In this document: piece after piece, positions 14,838 through 25,002 of the stretch
How positions within the stretch are numbered: position 1 is the first letter of the stretch
Layout: each line of letters starts with the position of its first letter
Program-made: the position numbers and the translations under genes
Notes under the pieces: model-generated
Databases searched by the model: none
The model's input: only the letters and a program-made list of their open reading frames with translations
Told to the model about the DNA's origin: nothing
IMG/VR virus record: IMGVR_UViG_3300033144_002382
Span: 1 to 31,677 of that record
Length of the DNA stretch: 31,677 nucleotides
Origin: a virus
Lineage: Duplodnaviria; Caudoviricetes
Reading direction: 5' to 3' (one strand)

Positions 14838-17026
14838 TGTATAGTTCTATACCTACATATAAAAATGGTAAATGGATTACTACTGAATTTAATAGTGAAG
14901 AAGATTTTAGATGTTTTTTATTAACATTATTTAGAGAGCCTGGTCAATATAAGTTTAGTACAACATCATTACTTTTTAATAAACAAGCTCAAATATTTAA
15001 TAAGGAAGGTTATTATTGTAATAAACCTTTTAGATCAAAGGATTATACTGCTTATTGGGATGATCAAAAAGATAAGTGTAGAAAAGGTGTAATTTATCAT
15101 GGAAAAAAACATATATGGTATATAACACGTGACTATTATATGTGGTTAAATTTTCTTCCAATATTTGATAAGGAAGAAAAGAAATATGGTTTTGCTAAAG
15201 TAAGAGATGCACAATATCATATGGCTCTTTATGAAATCTTGGCAGAATTACATGATAGACATTCAGCTATACTTAAGAAAAGACAAATAGCTTCATCATA
15301 TTTTCATATGGCAAAACTCTTAAATCAGTATTGGTTTGAAGAAGGTTCTATATGTAAAATAGGAGCATCACTTAAAGATTATATAAATGATAAAGGATCT
15401 TGGAAGTTTTTAGATGAGTATAAATCATTTCTTAATGAACATACTGCATGGTATAGACCATCTAATCCTGAAAAGGTCTTATTATGGCAACAACAGATTG
15501 AAGTAAAAATTGCTAATAGAAAAACATCTAGAGGATTAAAATCAAAGATCCAAGGAGCATCTTTTGAAAAGAATGCAACAACAGGAGTAGGTGGACCGTG
15601 TACATATTTCTTTCATGAAGAAGCAGGAATAGCACCTAAGATGGGAATAACTTATGAGTACTTACGTCCTGCTATGTCTTCAGGAATGTTAACTACAGGA
15701 ATGTTTATAGCAGCTGGATCAGTTGGTGATCTTGATCAGTGTGAGCCACTTAAAACAATGATATTATCTCCAGAAGCTAGTGATATATATGCAGTAGAAA
15801 CAAATCTTTTAGATGATAAAGGTACAATAGGATTAGCAGGATTATTTATTCCTGAGCAATGGTCAATGATTCCTCATATAGATAAGTTTGGAAATTCTTT
15901 AATTGAACCATCTTTAAAAGCTATTAAGAAAGAAAGGGAACAATGGAAAAAAGATTTGAGTCCAGAACAGTACCAACTTAGAATCTCCCAGAAGCCAACC
16001 AATATAGCAGAAGCATTTGCCTATAGAACGGCTTCAATCTTTCCACAAAGTATATTATCACATCAATTAAGACGTATTGAAGAAAAGGTTTATCCTTATG
16101 ATCTTGTTAAATTAGAAAGAACAGAAAAAGGAATTAAATCTGTTACAACAACTAAATTACCTATTTCAGATTTTCCAGTATCTAGAAAAGCTATAGATAA
16201 AACTGGTTCAATAATAGTATGGGAAAGACCTATAGCAGATCCTCCTTTTGGAACATATTATGCTTCTGTTGATCCTGTTTCAGAAGGAAAGACAACTACA
16301 TCTGACTCACTATGTTCCATCTTTGTATATAAGAATCCTGTAGAAGTAACACGTGAAACTAGTAATGGTATTGAACATTTTATTGAAAAAGATAAAATAG
16401 TAGCATCATGGTGTGGAAGATATGATGATATAAATAAAACACATGAACAACTTGAATTAATTATTGAATGGTACAAAGCATGGACTATTATAGAGAATAA
16501 TATTTCTCTTTTTATTCAGCATATGATAGCCAAAAGAAAACAAAAGTATTTAGTTCCTAAACAACAAATACTTTTTTTAAAAGATCTTGGATCAAACAGA
16601 ACAGTATATCAAGAATATGGATGGAAGAATACAGGTACACTTTTTAAGAGTCATTTGATATCTTATGCAATTGAATATATAAGAGAGCAAATTGATGAGG
16701 AAACAGATGAAAATGGAGAAGTAATGAATGTAACATTTGGAGTGGAAAGAATACCAGATCAAATGTTAATTAAAGAAATGTTAGCTTATTTTCCAGGACT
16801 TAATGTTGACAGACTTGTGGCATTTTCAGCATTGATTGCTTTTGCAAAAGTACAGCAATCTAATAGAGGATATGTTAAACGTGTAGAAAGAGATGATGCA
16901 AATAACTTGCAAAACTCCCAAAATTTATATAAATTAAAGTATAATCCATTTAGGAATATGGGAGGAAGAATAAAAACAATAGGAGAAAAGAAATTTAAAA
17001 AATCCCCTTTTAAAAATTTCAGATAA
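14834..17026 (+). CDS. terL: terminase large subunit
   Basis: Walker A-like LKKRQIASSY, Walker B FFHEEAG, GLFIP, RNase H-like ASVDPV, IENN, NVDRLVA; directly precedes the portal. Confidence 0.9.
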   Translation: MMYSSIPTYKNGKWITTEFNSEEDFRCFLLTLFREPGQYKFSTTSLLFNKQAQIFNKEGYYCNKPFRSKDYTAYWDDQKDKCRKGVIYHGKKHIWYITRDYYMWLNFLPIFDKEEKKYGFAKVRDAQYHMALYEILAELHDRHSAILKKRQIASSYFHMAKLLNQYWFEEGSICKIGASLKDYINDKGSWKFLDEYKSFLNEHTAWYRPSNPEKVLLWQQQIEVKIANRKTSRGLKSKIQGASFEKNATTGVGGPCTYFFHEEAGIAPKMGITYEYLRPAMSSGMLTTGMFIAAGSVGDLDQCEPLKTMILSPEASDIYAVETNLLDDKGTIGLAGLFIPEQWSMIPHIDKFGNSLIEPSLKAIKKEREQWKKDLSPEQYQLRISQKPTNIAEAFAYRTASIFPQSILSHQLRRIEEKVYPYDLVKLERTEKGIKSVTTTKLPISDFPVSRKAIDKTGSIIVWERPIADPPFGTYYASVDPVSEGKTTTSDSLCSIFVYKNPVEVTRETSNGIEHFIEKDKIVASWCGRYDDINKTHEQLELIIEWYKAWTIIENNISLFIQHMIAKRKQKYLVPKQQILFLKDLGSNRTVYQEYGWKNTGTLFKSHLISYAIEYIREQIDEETDENGEVMNVTFGVERIPDQMLIKEMLAYFPGLNVDRLVAFSALIAFAKVQQSNRGYVKRVERDDANNLQNSQNLYKLKYNPFRNMGGRIKTIGEKKFKKSPFKNFR

Positions 17027-19794
17027 TGAAGGTATTTAATGCAATGCAAATGAAGAATGGAGCCAAAGCAGAGAGTGGCTATCCAACAACTAGTAGTTTA
17101 ACACAACCATTACAATTCCTAACAGCAAAAAAGAAAGATGATGATTGGTTTGCATGGAATCTGGATTGGTTAGAATTACAGGGATTACAATTTTTAAGAA
17201 TAAATTCTAGGAAATTATTAAAGAACTATAAACTTGCAAAGGGAATAATTGATAAAACAGATTATATAGTTGAGGAAGATAATGAGTATAAGGGAGTAAT
17301 GGATATGTTAACAAGAGAAGATGCAACAGCATTAGAACTTAAATTTTATCCTATTATACCAAATGTAATAAATGTATTATCTGGAGAATTTAGTAAAAGA
17401 TTTTCTAAAGTGCAGTTTAGAGCTGTAGATGATGCATCATATAATGAGATGTTAGAACAAAAAAGAGTACTTGTTGAAGAAAATTTATTAGCTGATGCAG
17501 AAATGCAATTAGTTATGAAGATGATTTCAATGGGTATGGATCCTGGATCTCAAGAAGCACAACAAGAATTAAATCCTGAAAAATTAAAAACATTACCAGA
17601 AATAGAAGATTTCTTTTCTAAATCTTATAGAAGTATGGTTGAGGAATGGGCATCTCATCAATTAAATGTAGATGATGAGAGATTCAAAATGAAGGAATTA
17701 GAAGAAAGGGGATTTAGAGATATGTTAGTTACAGATAGAGAGTTCTGGCATTTCCGTTTATTAGAAGATGATTATGAAGTGGAATTATGGAACCCAGTAC
17801 TTACATTCTATCAAAAATCTCCAGATGCAAGATATATAGCTGATGGAAATTGGGCAGGAAAAATAGACTTAATGACTGTATCTGATGTGATTGATAGATA
17901 TGGGTATCTTATGAATGAGAAACAATTAGAATCATTACAACGTATTTATCCAGCCAGATCAGCAATGTATCAACTTACAGGAGTACAAAATGATGGTTCA
18001 TATTATGATCCTACAAGATCTCATGAATGGAATGTAGGTTCTCCATCTTTAGGATATAGGCAATTTATAAGTAATTGGCAAAATAGTCCAGAAGGAGGAG
18101 GAGATATACTTAGTTGGATATTAAGTGAAGGAGATGATGTGCATATTTGGGGACAAGGAGAATTAATGCGTGTTACAACAACCTATTGGAAAACACAAAG
18201 AAAGGTGGGTCATTTAACATGTATTAAAAAAGATGGACATGTATATCAAGAAATAATAGATGAAGGATATAAGATTAATACTAAAGCTATTTATGATACA
18301 ACTTTATTTAAGAATAAGACAAAGGATACTTTAGTTGAAGGAGAACATGTTGAATGGATCTGGATAAATGAAGTATGTGGGGGAGTAAAGATAGGACCTA
18401 ATCTTCCAGCATTTTGGAGACAGGATATGTCTGATAATCTTAATCCTATATATTTAGGAATAAACAGACAAAAACCATCACGTATCCCTTTTCAGTTTAA
18501 AGGAGATAATAGTTTATATGGATGTAAACTTCCTGTAGAAGGAAGAGTATTCTCAGATAGAAATACAAGATCTACATCATTAGTTGATCTAATGAAAGCA
18601 TATCAAGTTGGTTATAATATGGTTAATAATCAGATAGCTGATATTCTAGTTGATGAACTTGGAACAGTTATTATGTTTGATCAGAATGCATTACCACGTC
18701 ATTCAATGGGTGAGGATTGGGGAAAGAATAATCTAGCTAAAGCTTATGTAGCTATGAAAGACTTTGGGATGATGCCTATGGATACTAGTATAACTAATAC
18801 AGAGAATGCTACTAATTTCCAACATTATCAGACTTTAAATCTTGAACAAACAAATAGATTAATGTCAAGAATACAGTTAGCTAATCATTTTAAACAACAA
18901 TGTTTTGAAGCAATAGGGGTAAATCCTGAAAGATTAGGAACTCCTATAGCACAGAAAACAGCAACAGGAGTAACTCAGGCAGTACAAGCATCATATGCAC
19001 AAACAGAAATATATTTTACTAATCATTCAGATAATCTTATGCCTAGAGTTCATCAAATGAGAACTGATTTAGCTCAATACTATTATAGTACTAATCCAAG
19101 TGTAAGATTAACATATATTAATTCTGAAGCTGAAAAAGTAAACTTTCAGATAAATGGAACAGACCTCTTACTAAGAGATTTTAATGTGTTCTGTACAACT
19201 AGAACAAACCACAGAGCTATATTAGATCAATTAAAACAATTAGCACTCACTAATAATACATCTGGAGCATCTATATTTGATTTGGGAAGCATTATTAAAT
19301 CTGATTCAATTGCAGAAGTTACAGATATCTTAAAAGACTCTGAGAAGAAAGGTGAAGCACAAAGAATGGAACAACAGCAAATGCAACAGCAAATGCAACA
19401 AGAACAGATAGCAGCTAAACAGCAAGAAGAAATGATGAAGTTACAATTCCAGGCTGAAGAAAATGAAAAAGAAAGACAGAAGGATATCACTGTTGCAGAA
19501 ATAAGATCTGCAGGAATGGGTTCTATGGTAGATATTAACCAAAACCAGGAAGGAGATTTTAAAGATGCTATGCAAGAGATAAGACAGAGAGATGAATATA
19601 GAGAGCAAATGAATCTTAAACGTGAACAATCTGCTATTAATAATGCTCAAGAAGAAAATAAAATGAACATTAGTAGAGAAGAAATGGCTACACGCAGAGA
19701 AATAGCTAATAAAAATCTAGAAATTGCACGTGAAAATAAAAATAAATATGATGTGCAATCTGATAATAAAAAGAAGAAGAAGAAAAAAGATTAA
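17026..19794 (+). CDS. portal protein (crAss-like, 922 aa)
   Basis: YPIIPNVINVLSGEF motif, GVNPERLG..TATGV segment, Gln-rich C-terminal barrel-like coiled coil; located after terL. Confidence 0.85.
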   Translation: MKVFNAMQMKNGAKAESGYPTTSSLTQPLQFLTAKKKDDDWFAWNLDWLELQGLQFLRINSRKLLKNYKLAKGIIDKTDYIVEEDNEYKGVMDMLTREDATALELKFYPIIPNVINVLSGEFSKRFSKVQFRAVDDASYNEMLEQKRVLVEENLLADAEMQLVMKMISMGMDPGSQEAQQELNPEKLKTLPEIEDFFSKSYRSMVEEWASHQLNVDDERFKMKELEERGFRDMLVTDREFWHFRLLEDDYEVELWNPVLTFYQKSPDARYIADGNWAGKIDLMTVSDVIDRYGYLMNEKQLESLQRIYPARSAMYQLTGVQNDGSYYDPTRSHEWNVGSPSLGYRQFISNWQNSPEGGGDILSWILSEGDDVHIWGQGELMRVTTTYWKTQRKVGHLTCIKKDGHVYQEIIDEGYKINTKAIYDTTLFKNKTKDTLVEGEHVEWIWINEVCGGVKIGPNLPAFWRQDMSDNLNPIYLGINRQKPSRIPFQFKGDNSLYGCKLPVEGRVFSDRNTRSTSLVDLMKAYQVGYNMVNNQIADILVDELGTVIMFDQNALPRHSMGEDWGKNNLAKAYVAMKDFGMMPMDTSITNTENATNFQHYQTLNLEQTNRLMSRIQLANHFKQQCFEAIGVNPERLGTPIAQKTATGVTQAVQASYAQTEIYFTNHSDNLMPRVHQMRTDLAQYYYSTNPSVRLTYINSEAEKVNFQINGTDLLLRDFNVFCTTRTNHRAILDQLKQLALTNNTSGASIFDLGSIIKSDSIAEVTDILKDSEKKGEAQRMEQQQMQQQMQQEQIAAKQQEEMMKLQFQAEENEKERQKDITVAEIRSAGMGSMVDINQNQEGDFKDAMQEIRQRDEYREQMNLKREQSAINNAQEENKMNISREEMATRREIANKNLEIARENKNKYDVQSDNKKKKKKKD

Positions 19795-19930
19795 GATAAA
19801 AAATAGGTGTTAGCTATATACTACAGAATAAATATATTTTCACTAAAATTTTTAAGGTTTATAAACTAAATTTGAACTATATTGTATATAGAGCAAGTAA
19901 TCATAAACAAAACTTTAAACCAACAACATT

Positions 19931-21235
19931 ATGAGCACAGAAACACAAACAGTAGAAACTAAGGTAACTCAAGAAGATGTAAATCTTGATGAGATCTTTA
20001 ACGGCACTCCAGGTGCTGAGGCAATTACTTTGCCTGAAGAACCAGAAAAACCAAATGTTTTTACAAGAAAAGAAAATATTGATCCTTCTTTTTTAAATGA
20101 ACCTACAGATGTAGCAGAAAAAGTAGAAGAAAAAGAAGAAGTAAAAGAAGAGCCAACATCTGAAACTTCTACAGAAGAATCTACTAAACCAGTATCAGAA
20201 AAACCAAGTACAAATGAGACTGAGGAAGCATTTGCTGCTATAGATGCAGTAGATGGACCAGAAACAGTAGATGAAACAGTAACTACAATAGGTAAGAAAA
20301 ATACATCAGGAATAGCAGATATATTTGATAGACTTATTAAAGATGATAAAATTGTTCCATTTGATGATGATAAATCATTAGTTGATTATACAACTAAAGA
20401 TTGGGAAGAATTAATCAATGCTAACTTAGAAGAAAAAGCTAATGAAGTTAGAAGGGAATCTCCTAAACAGTTTTTTGAAAGTTTACCTCAAGAATTACAA
20501 ATTGCAGCAAGATATGTAGCAGATGGTGGACAAGATCTTAAAGGTTTATTTTCAGCATTAGCAACTGTAGAAGAAACAAGAGATTTAGATGTAAAAAAAG
20601 AAAAAGATCAGGAGCAAATCATTAAAGAATATCTTACAGCTACAGGATATGGAGATGTAAATGAAATATCAGAAGAAATAGAAATATGGAAAGATTTAGG
20701 AAAACTAGAAACACAAGCTTCAAAGTTTAAACCTAAGTTAGATAAGATGCAAGAATCTATTGTATCACAACGTCTTCAAGAACAACAAAAGATGGTTGAA
20801 CAACAACAGAAAGCATCACAACAATATATGGATAATGTTTATCATACTTTAAAAGATGGAACATTAGGAGATATTAAAATAGAGAAAAAAGTACAGGCTA
20901 TGTTATATAATGGTTTAGTACAACCTAACTATCCATCTATAAGTGGAAAAAACACAAATCTATTAGGTCATCTTCTAGAAAAATATCAATTTGTAGAACC
21001 TAACTATCAATTAGTTTCAGAAGCTTTATGGCTCTTACAAGATCCAAAAGGTTATAAAGATAGGATAATGGAAAAAGGTGCACAGCAGTCTGTAGAAAAT
21101 ACAGTAAGGAAATTAAAAACTGCTCAATCTGATAGATCAGGAAACTCATTAGGTATAGAGAATGAAGAAGATGCTAATAAACCTAAAAAGAAAAAGCTTC
21201 CAAGACAAAACAACAACATTTTTAAAAGATTTTAA
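19931..21235 (+). CDS. putative scaffolding protein
   Basis: Acidic low-complexity N-terminus, coiled coil, basic C-terminus; between portal and major capsid gene. Confidence 0.6.
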   Translation: MSTETQTVETKVTQEDVNLDEIFNGTPGAEAITLPEEPEKPNVFTRKENIDPSFLNEPTDVAEKVEEKEEVKEEPTSETSTEESTKPVSEKPSTNETEEAFAAIDAVDGPETVDETVTTIGKKNTSGIADIFDRLIKDDKIVPFDDDKSLVDYTTKDWEELINANLEEKANEVRRESPKQFFESLPQELQIAARYVADGGQDLKGLFSALATVEETRDLDVKKEKDQEQIIKEYLTATGYGDVNEISEEIEIWKDLGKLETQASKFKPKLDKMQESIVSQRLQEQQKMVEQQQKASQQYMDNVYHTLKDGTLGDIKIEKKVQAMLYNGLVQPNYPSISGKNTNLLGHLLEKYQFVEPNYQLVSEALWLLQDPKGYKDRIMEKGAQQSVENTVRKLKTAQSDRSGNSLGIENEEDANKPKKKKLPRQNNNIFKRF

Positions 21236-21265
21236 ACATTATTAACTAAATTAAATTAATCAATT

Positions 21266-22882
21266 ATGGCAACTCCAGTTTTAAACAATGGGATTTTCCT
21301 GCGAGACACTAACTACAAAACTAGTTCTCATATTGATTCATATCACCTAACTCAACTTCTAGGTTCTGCTGAACCTATGGATTTGGGACCAGTTGATTTA
21401 TGGGCAATGACACAGAAAGTGGAGATGCCTTTATATCAAATGGCTTCATTTGGTGGTAAGAATACAATCAATGTGGACAATGCACGTGGTGAGTATAAGT
21501 GGCAAACCCCTATTGCACAGGATCTACCTTTTATAGTGGTAGATATTGAATGTAATAATTTACACAAGGGTGTAGATGGACAAACATTCAAAATTAAATT
21601 ATCCAAAAGAACATTTGGACATGGTGATATTATCACTTATGACAAGTATAACGGTTCTGAATTATACATCACTGCAGATGATATTATTCCTGCAGGAGAT
21701 GGATTTATCTATACTGTACAACTTGTAAATAATGATAACACTGCTACTTTAGATAATAGATTTCTTGAATCTGGTACTAAGTACTTCAGAAAGGGTTCTG
21801 CTAGAGGAGAATATGGTGAAAGATTCTCAGACATTGAGACAGGATCTGGTTTCCGTGAATTCTATAACTTTGTAGGAGGAGCAGAAGCACATGTACATTA
21901 TTCAATTTCAAGCCGTGCTGATCTTATGATCAAAGGTGGTATGAATGCAGATGGTACAGTACCTGTTACAGAGATCTGGAGAAATTTTGATCAAGATGCT
22001 AATCCTTCAGTATCAACTATTGAAGACTTAGTAACTAATATGGGTAAAGCAGGTGCAAGAGAAGCATTTGAAGATGGAAGGTTAACAAGAACTTTCTTAA
22101 CAAATCTTGAAGCAGCTCATTTATCTAAAATTGCTAATGACATTGAAACTTACTTAATGTGGGGTCATGGTGGTAGAGTTAAACAAGATGGTCCAGATGA
22201 TATCAGGATGTCTGTTGGTTTATGGAGACAGTTAGATAACTCTTTCAAAAGAGTTTATAATAAATCTTCATTTACTTTAGATATGTTCAAAACTGAACTA
22301 TATAACTTCTATCAAGGTAAAGTTGAATTTCAAGGACCAGATCCTAAACGTAAGTTAATTGTACAAACAGGAATTGGTGGAATGCAATTAGTGAACAGAT
22401 CAATTGCCAATGAAGTATTTGGTAGTGGTATGGTTGTTAATGCTTCTGATGTAGGAGCAGTAACAGGTAAAGGAATGGATTTAGATTATGGGTTTGCGTA
22501 TACTAGTTATACTATCCCATTCTTAGCAAATGTTAAGTTTGTATTAAATCCAGCTTTTGATAACCTACATACTAATGATATTGAGAATCCTCTGATTGAC
22601 GGAAGACCTCTTAGCTCTTATAGCTTTGTGATCTTTGATGTCACTGATGAAGGAAATGACAACATCTTTTTGTTGAAACTTTCTTGGGATAACCAATTGA
22701 AATGGTTCTATCAAAATGGTACAATGGATTATATGGGAAGAAGCCAAGGTTTCTCCTCTTCTGGACAGTTCAATGGTTACCGTGTCTATATGACGCAGAC
22801 CATGCCAGCTATCTGGGTTAAGGATCCAACCAAAGTATTAAAAATTGTTATGAGGAATCCTATTACGGGAGGCTCATTCTAA
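21266..22882 (+). CDS. major capsid protein (crAss-like HK97-type)
   Basis: 538 aa after portal and scaffold; EYKW, IETYLMWG, GLWRQL, VQTGIGG, NPAFD motifs; followed by a strong terminator. Confidence 0.85.
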   Translation: MATPVLNNGIFLRDTNYKTSSHIDSYHLTQLLGSAEPMDLGPVDLWAMTQKVEMPLYQMASFGGKNTINVDNARGEYKWQTPIAQDLPFIVVDIECNNLHKGVDGQTFKIKLSKRTFGHGDIITYDKYNGSELYITADDIIPAGDGFIYTVQLVNNDNTATLDNRFLESGTKYFRKGSARGEYGERFSDIETGSGFREFYNFVGGAEAHVHYSISSRADLMIKGGMNADGTVPVTEIWRNFDQDANPSVSTIEDLVTNMGKAGAREAFEDGRLTRTFLTNLEAAHLSKIANDIETYLMWGHGGRVKQDGPDDIRMSVGLWRQLDNSFKRVYNKSSFTLDMFKTELYNFYQGKVEFQGPDPKRKLIVQTGIGGMQLVNRSIANEVFGSGMVVNASDVGAVTGKGMDLDYGFAYTSYTIPFLANVKFVLNPAFDNLHTNDIENPLIDGRPLSSYSFVIFDVTDEGNDNIFLLKLSWDNQLKWFYQNGTMDYMGRSQGFSSSGQFNGYRVYMTQTMPAIWVKDPTKVLKIVMRNPITGGSF

Positions 22883-22894
22883 TTTAAGAGGGAC

Positions 22895-22930
22895 AGGGAG
22901 GAGTTGAGTCTTCTCCCTTTCTTTTTTTTT
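22895..22930 (+). terminator. intrinsic terminator after the major capsid gene
   Basis: AGGGAG(GAG)...(CTT)CTCCCT stem followed by TTCTTTTTTTTT. Confidence 0.75.
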
Positions 22931-22951
22931 AACTTTTAAAAAAATAGGACA

Positions 22952-23215
22952 ATGGGAACATTACCAAGTAAATTTTCAGCAACTACTCCTGATGCAACAT
23001 TAACAGTTGCAGCCAGAGCAGATCAGTATGGTACAGGTGGATTAGCAAAATTAGCTCATGTAAATACGCTAATTGATGCTTTAACTCTTCCTGCATTTGC
23101 AGATGAAGCAGATGTTGTATTAAATTCAAATCTAGTAACTGGTGATTTATATCAGACAGATGGGAGTGGTGCAGCACCTTTGAATGCTATAGGTATAGTA
23201 ATGGTAGTACAGTAG
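22952..23215 (+). CDS. small putative head decoration/fibre protein (87 aa)
   Basis: Directly after the MCP; Ala/Thr/Gly-rich; FADEAD..LVTGDLYQT motif is typical of small virion proteins. Confidence 0.55.
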   Translation: MGTLPSKFSATTPDATLTVAARADQYGTGGLAKLAHVNTLIDALTLPAFADEADVVLNSNLVTGDLYQTDGSGAAPLNAIGIVMVVQ

Positions 23216-23295
23216 TATTGCAAACTTATGCTGGGGTAACTCAGCATTAGAACTTTTGATTATATGATCAAGATAATGGAAGAAAATCTTATGCA

Positions 23296-23925
23296 ATGAC
23301 TATTATAAAAAAAGTACCAGGACGTATGCCTTATGTAACAAGATTTAGACATTTAGATCAGCAACGTAGGAATGTACAAAGAGCTTTAAATTCAATTCCA
23401 GCTAGTTCAGATGAAAAGGTTTCTGTATCTGCATTTGATACAACTCCAGGATATTTAGGAACTAAGTTAACTCAGGGAACAGGAATAACATTAACTCCAT
23501 CAGGAGGAGGAAATGAGACATTAGAAATATCAAGTGGAGCAAGTGATTTTTCAGAAGTAATAACTATATCTACAGTTGATGCAGCAGCATCTATAGATAT
23601 TTTTACAACTTTAACAGCTTATGCAAATAAATATATAAGATTAATATCAACAGGGGTAGCTGGAACAAAACAAATTTTAATTCCTCTAGATGCAACAATA
23701 GATTTTCCAATTGGAACAGAATTTACATTATTTTGGGCAACACCCACTGTAATTCCTGGAGATGTATATAGAATAAGAGCAACTGTTGGAGTAACCTTTA
23801 ATTTCTTTAGTCCAACATTTTCACCAGGAGCAGGAACAGCAGTTTTTGGAGGATCAGAACATACTGCAATAACAATTAAAAAAGTAGGAATAAATCTTTG
23901 GGATGGTGTAGGAAATATAGTTTGA
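23296..23925 (+). CDS. putative virion fibre/decoration protein
   Basis: DTTPGYLGTKLTQGTGITLT segment and C-terminal IP..ATIDFPIGTEFTL...TIKKVGINLW..VGNI beta-domain seen in phage fibre proteins. Confidence 0.55.
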   Translation: MTIIKKVPGRMPYVTRFRHLDQQRRNVQRALNSIPASSDEKVSVSAFDTTPGYLGTKLTQGTGITLTPSGGGNETLEISSGASDFSEVITISTVDAAASIDIFTTLTAYANKYIRLISTGVAGTKQILIPLDATIDFPIGTEFTLFWATPTVIPGDVYRIRATVGVTFNFFSPTFSPGAGTAVFGGSEHTAITIKKVGINLWDGVGNIV

Positions 23926-23926
23926 T

Positions 23927-24940
23927 ATGAGTATGATATCTAAATTTGGGGTTTGCTCAAGTGCACAACAAGATATAGGAATAACATATATTTTAGATGA
24001 CTATCCTAATGCATTAGGGGCATTTTCCTTAAGAAAATTAAGTAGTACATATATAGGAAGTGTATTACGTGTACGTAGAATTAATATAGCTTTTCCAGAA
24101 GTAGTAGATATAGATTTTGATAGTAATGATGTAGTAAGTATGGATTCTCCTGTAACTGCAGTAGTAGGGACTACTTTAGCTACTAATCTAGGAGAATTTG
24201 TTGTAGCACCAGGATATTCTGATCCTGATGGTATAGGTCTTGCACAAAGAACAGCTGTAGTTCAATGGTATGATCAAAGTGGAAATGGACTTTTACTTGA
24301 CCAAACAGCAGCCACAGCTTATCAACCTACATTTAATGCTCCAGGAGCTTTCTATGAAGTAAATGGAAAACCAGGTATATTCTTTGATGGGAGTAATGAT
24401 ACATTATTTCAATGGGATGTGTTTGGTTTAGAAGCCACAGCTACTGATATAGTCCACTACTCAGTTCAATATATAGAAGATGAAAAATTTGTTTTTGCAA
24501 GAGGAGGACATGGAGGAGATTATTATGGAACTGGACAATATGCCAACACCACTACGGGAAGTTATGGAAGTTCTCCAGGCACTTCACCTCCTAATGATTG
24601 GTATGTAAATGGAGTTGCATTACCAAAAACTTTACCTGCTGGTGGCCCATTTACTAATGTAGATAGAGACAGTGTTTTTTATGCTTTGTCTAATTTTGTA
24701 CCTCCTCTCCCTGACCCTCCCGCAACAGCAGGACAAACACTTGCTACATTTACTGGAATAAATTTCATTTCATGGTCATATCCTGGACCTGGTTTAGCAG
24801 AATACGAGTTATGGTCATATGGAAGTGGATATACTATTAAAGGAAAAATACAAGAACTTATCCTTTATAATGCTCCTAACCATCCTATACAAGGAAATAT
24901 AGAATCAGCAATAAATAATTATTATAGTATTTATCCTTAA
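23927..24940 (+). CDS. concanavalin A/LamG-like (arabinofuranosidase-B-like) carbohydrate-binding virion protein
   Basis: GAFSLRKLSSTYIGSVLRVRR, WYDQSGNG, QP, NGKPGIFFDG, GKIQELILYN, IESAINNYY. Confidence 0.7.
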   Translation: MSMISKFGVCSSAQQDIGITYILDDYPNALGAFSLRKLSSTYIGSVLRVRRINIAFPEVVDIDFDSNDVVSMDSPVTAVVGTTLATNLGEFVVAPGYSDPDGIGLAQRTAVVQWYDQSGNGLLLDQTAATAYQPTFNAPGAFYEVNGKPGIFFDGSNDTLFQWDVFGLEATATDIVHYSVQYIEDEKFVFARGGHGGDYYGTGQYANTTTGSYGSSPGTSPPNDWYVNGVALPKTLPAGGPFTNVDRDSVFYALSNFVPPLPDPPATAGQTLATFTGINFISWSYPGPGLAEYELWSYGSGYTIKGKIQELILYNAPNHPIQGNIESAINNYYSIYP

Positions 24941-24969
24941 TTATACTAATTGGATAATAAACAATAAAT

Positions 24970-24978
24970 TTGTATATT
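24970..24978 (+). promoter_or_regulatory. TTGTATATT promoter-like motif
   Basis: Recurring intergenic 9-mer; TTG 20 nt upstream (24950). Confidence 0.55.
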
Positions 24979-25002
24979 AATATTAACTAAACCAACAATA
25001 AA

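Noticed and set aside
19372-19400. Tandem CAACAGCAAATG repeat (~2.4 copies)
   Set aside because: Encodes the Gln/Met-rich coiled coil of the portal; ordinary low-complexity coding sequence
14834-22882. Intein or intron in terminase, portal or capsid genes
   Set aside because: Frames are uninterrupted, sizes are typical, and no splicing or homing endonuclease motifs were seen
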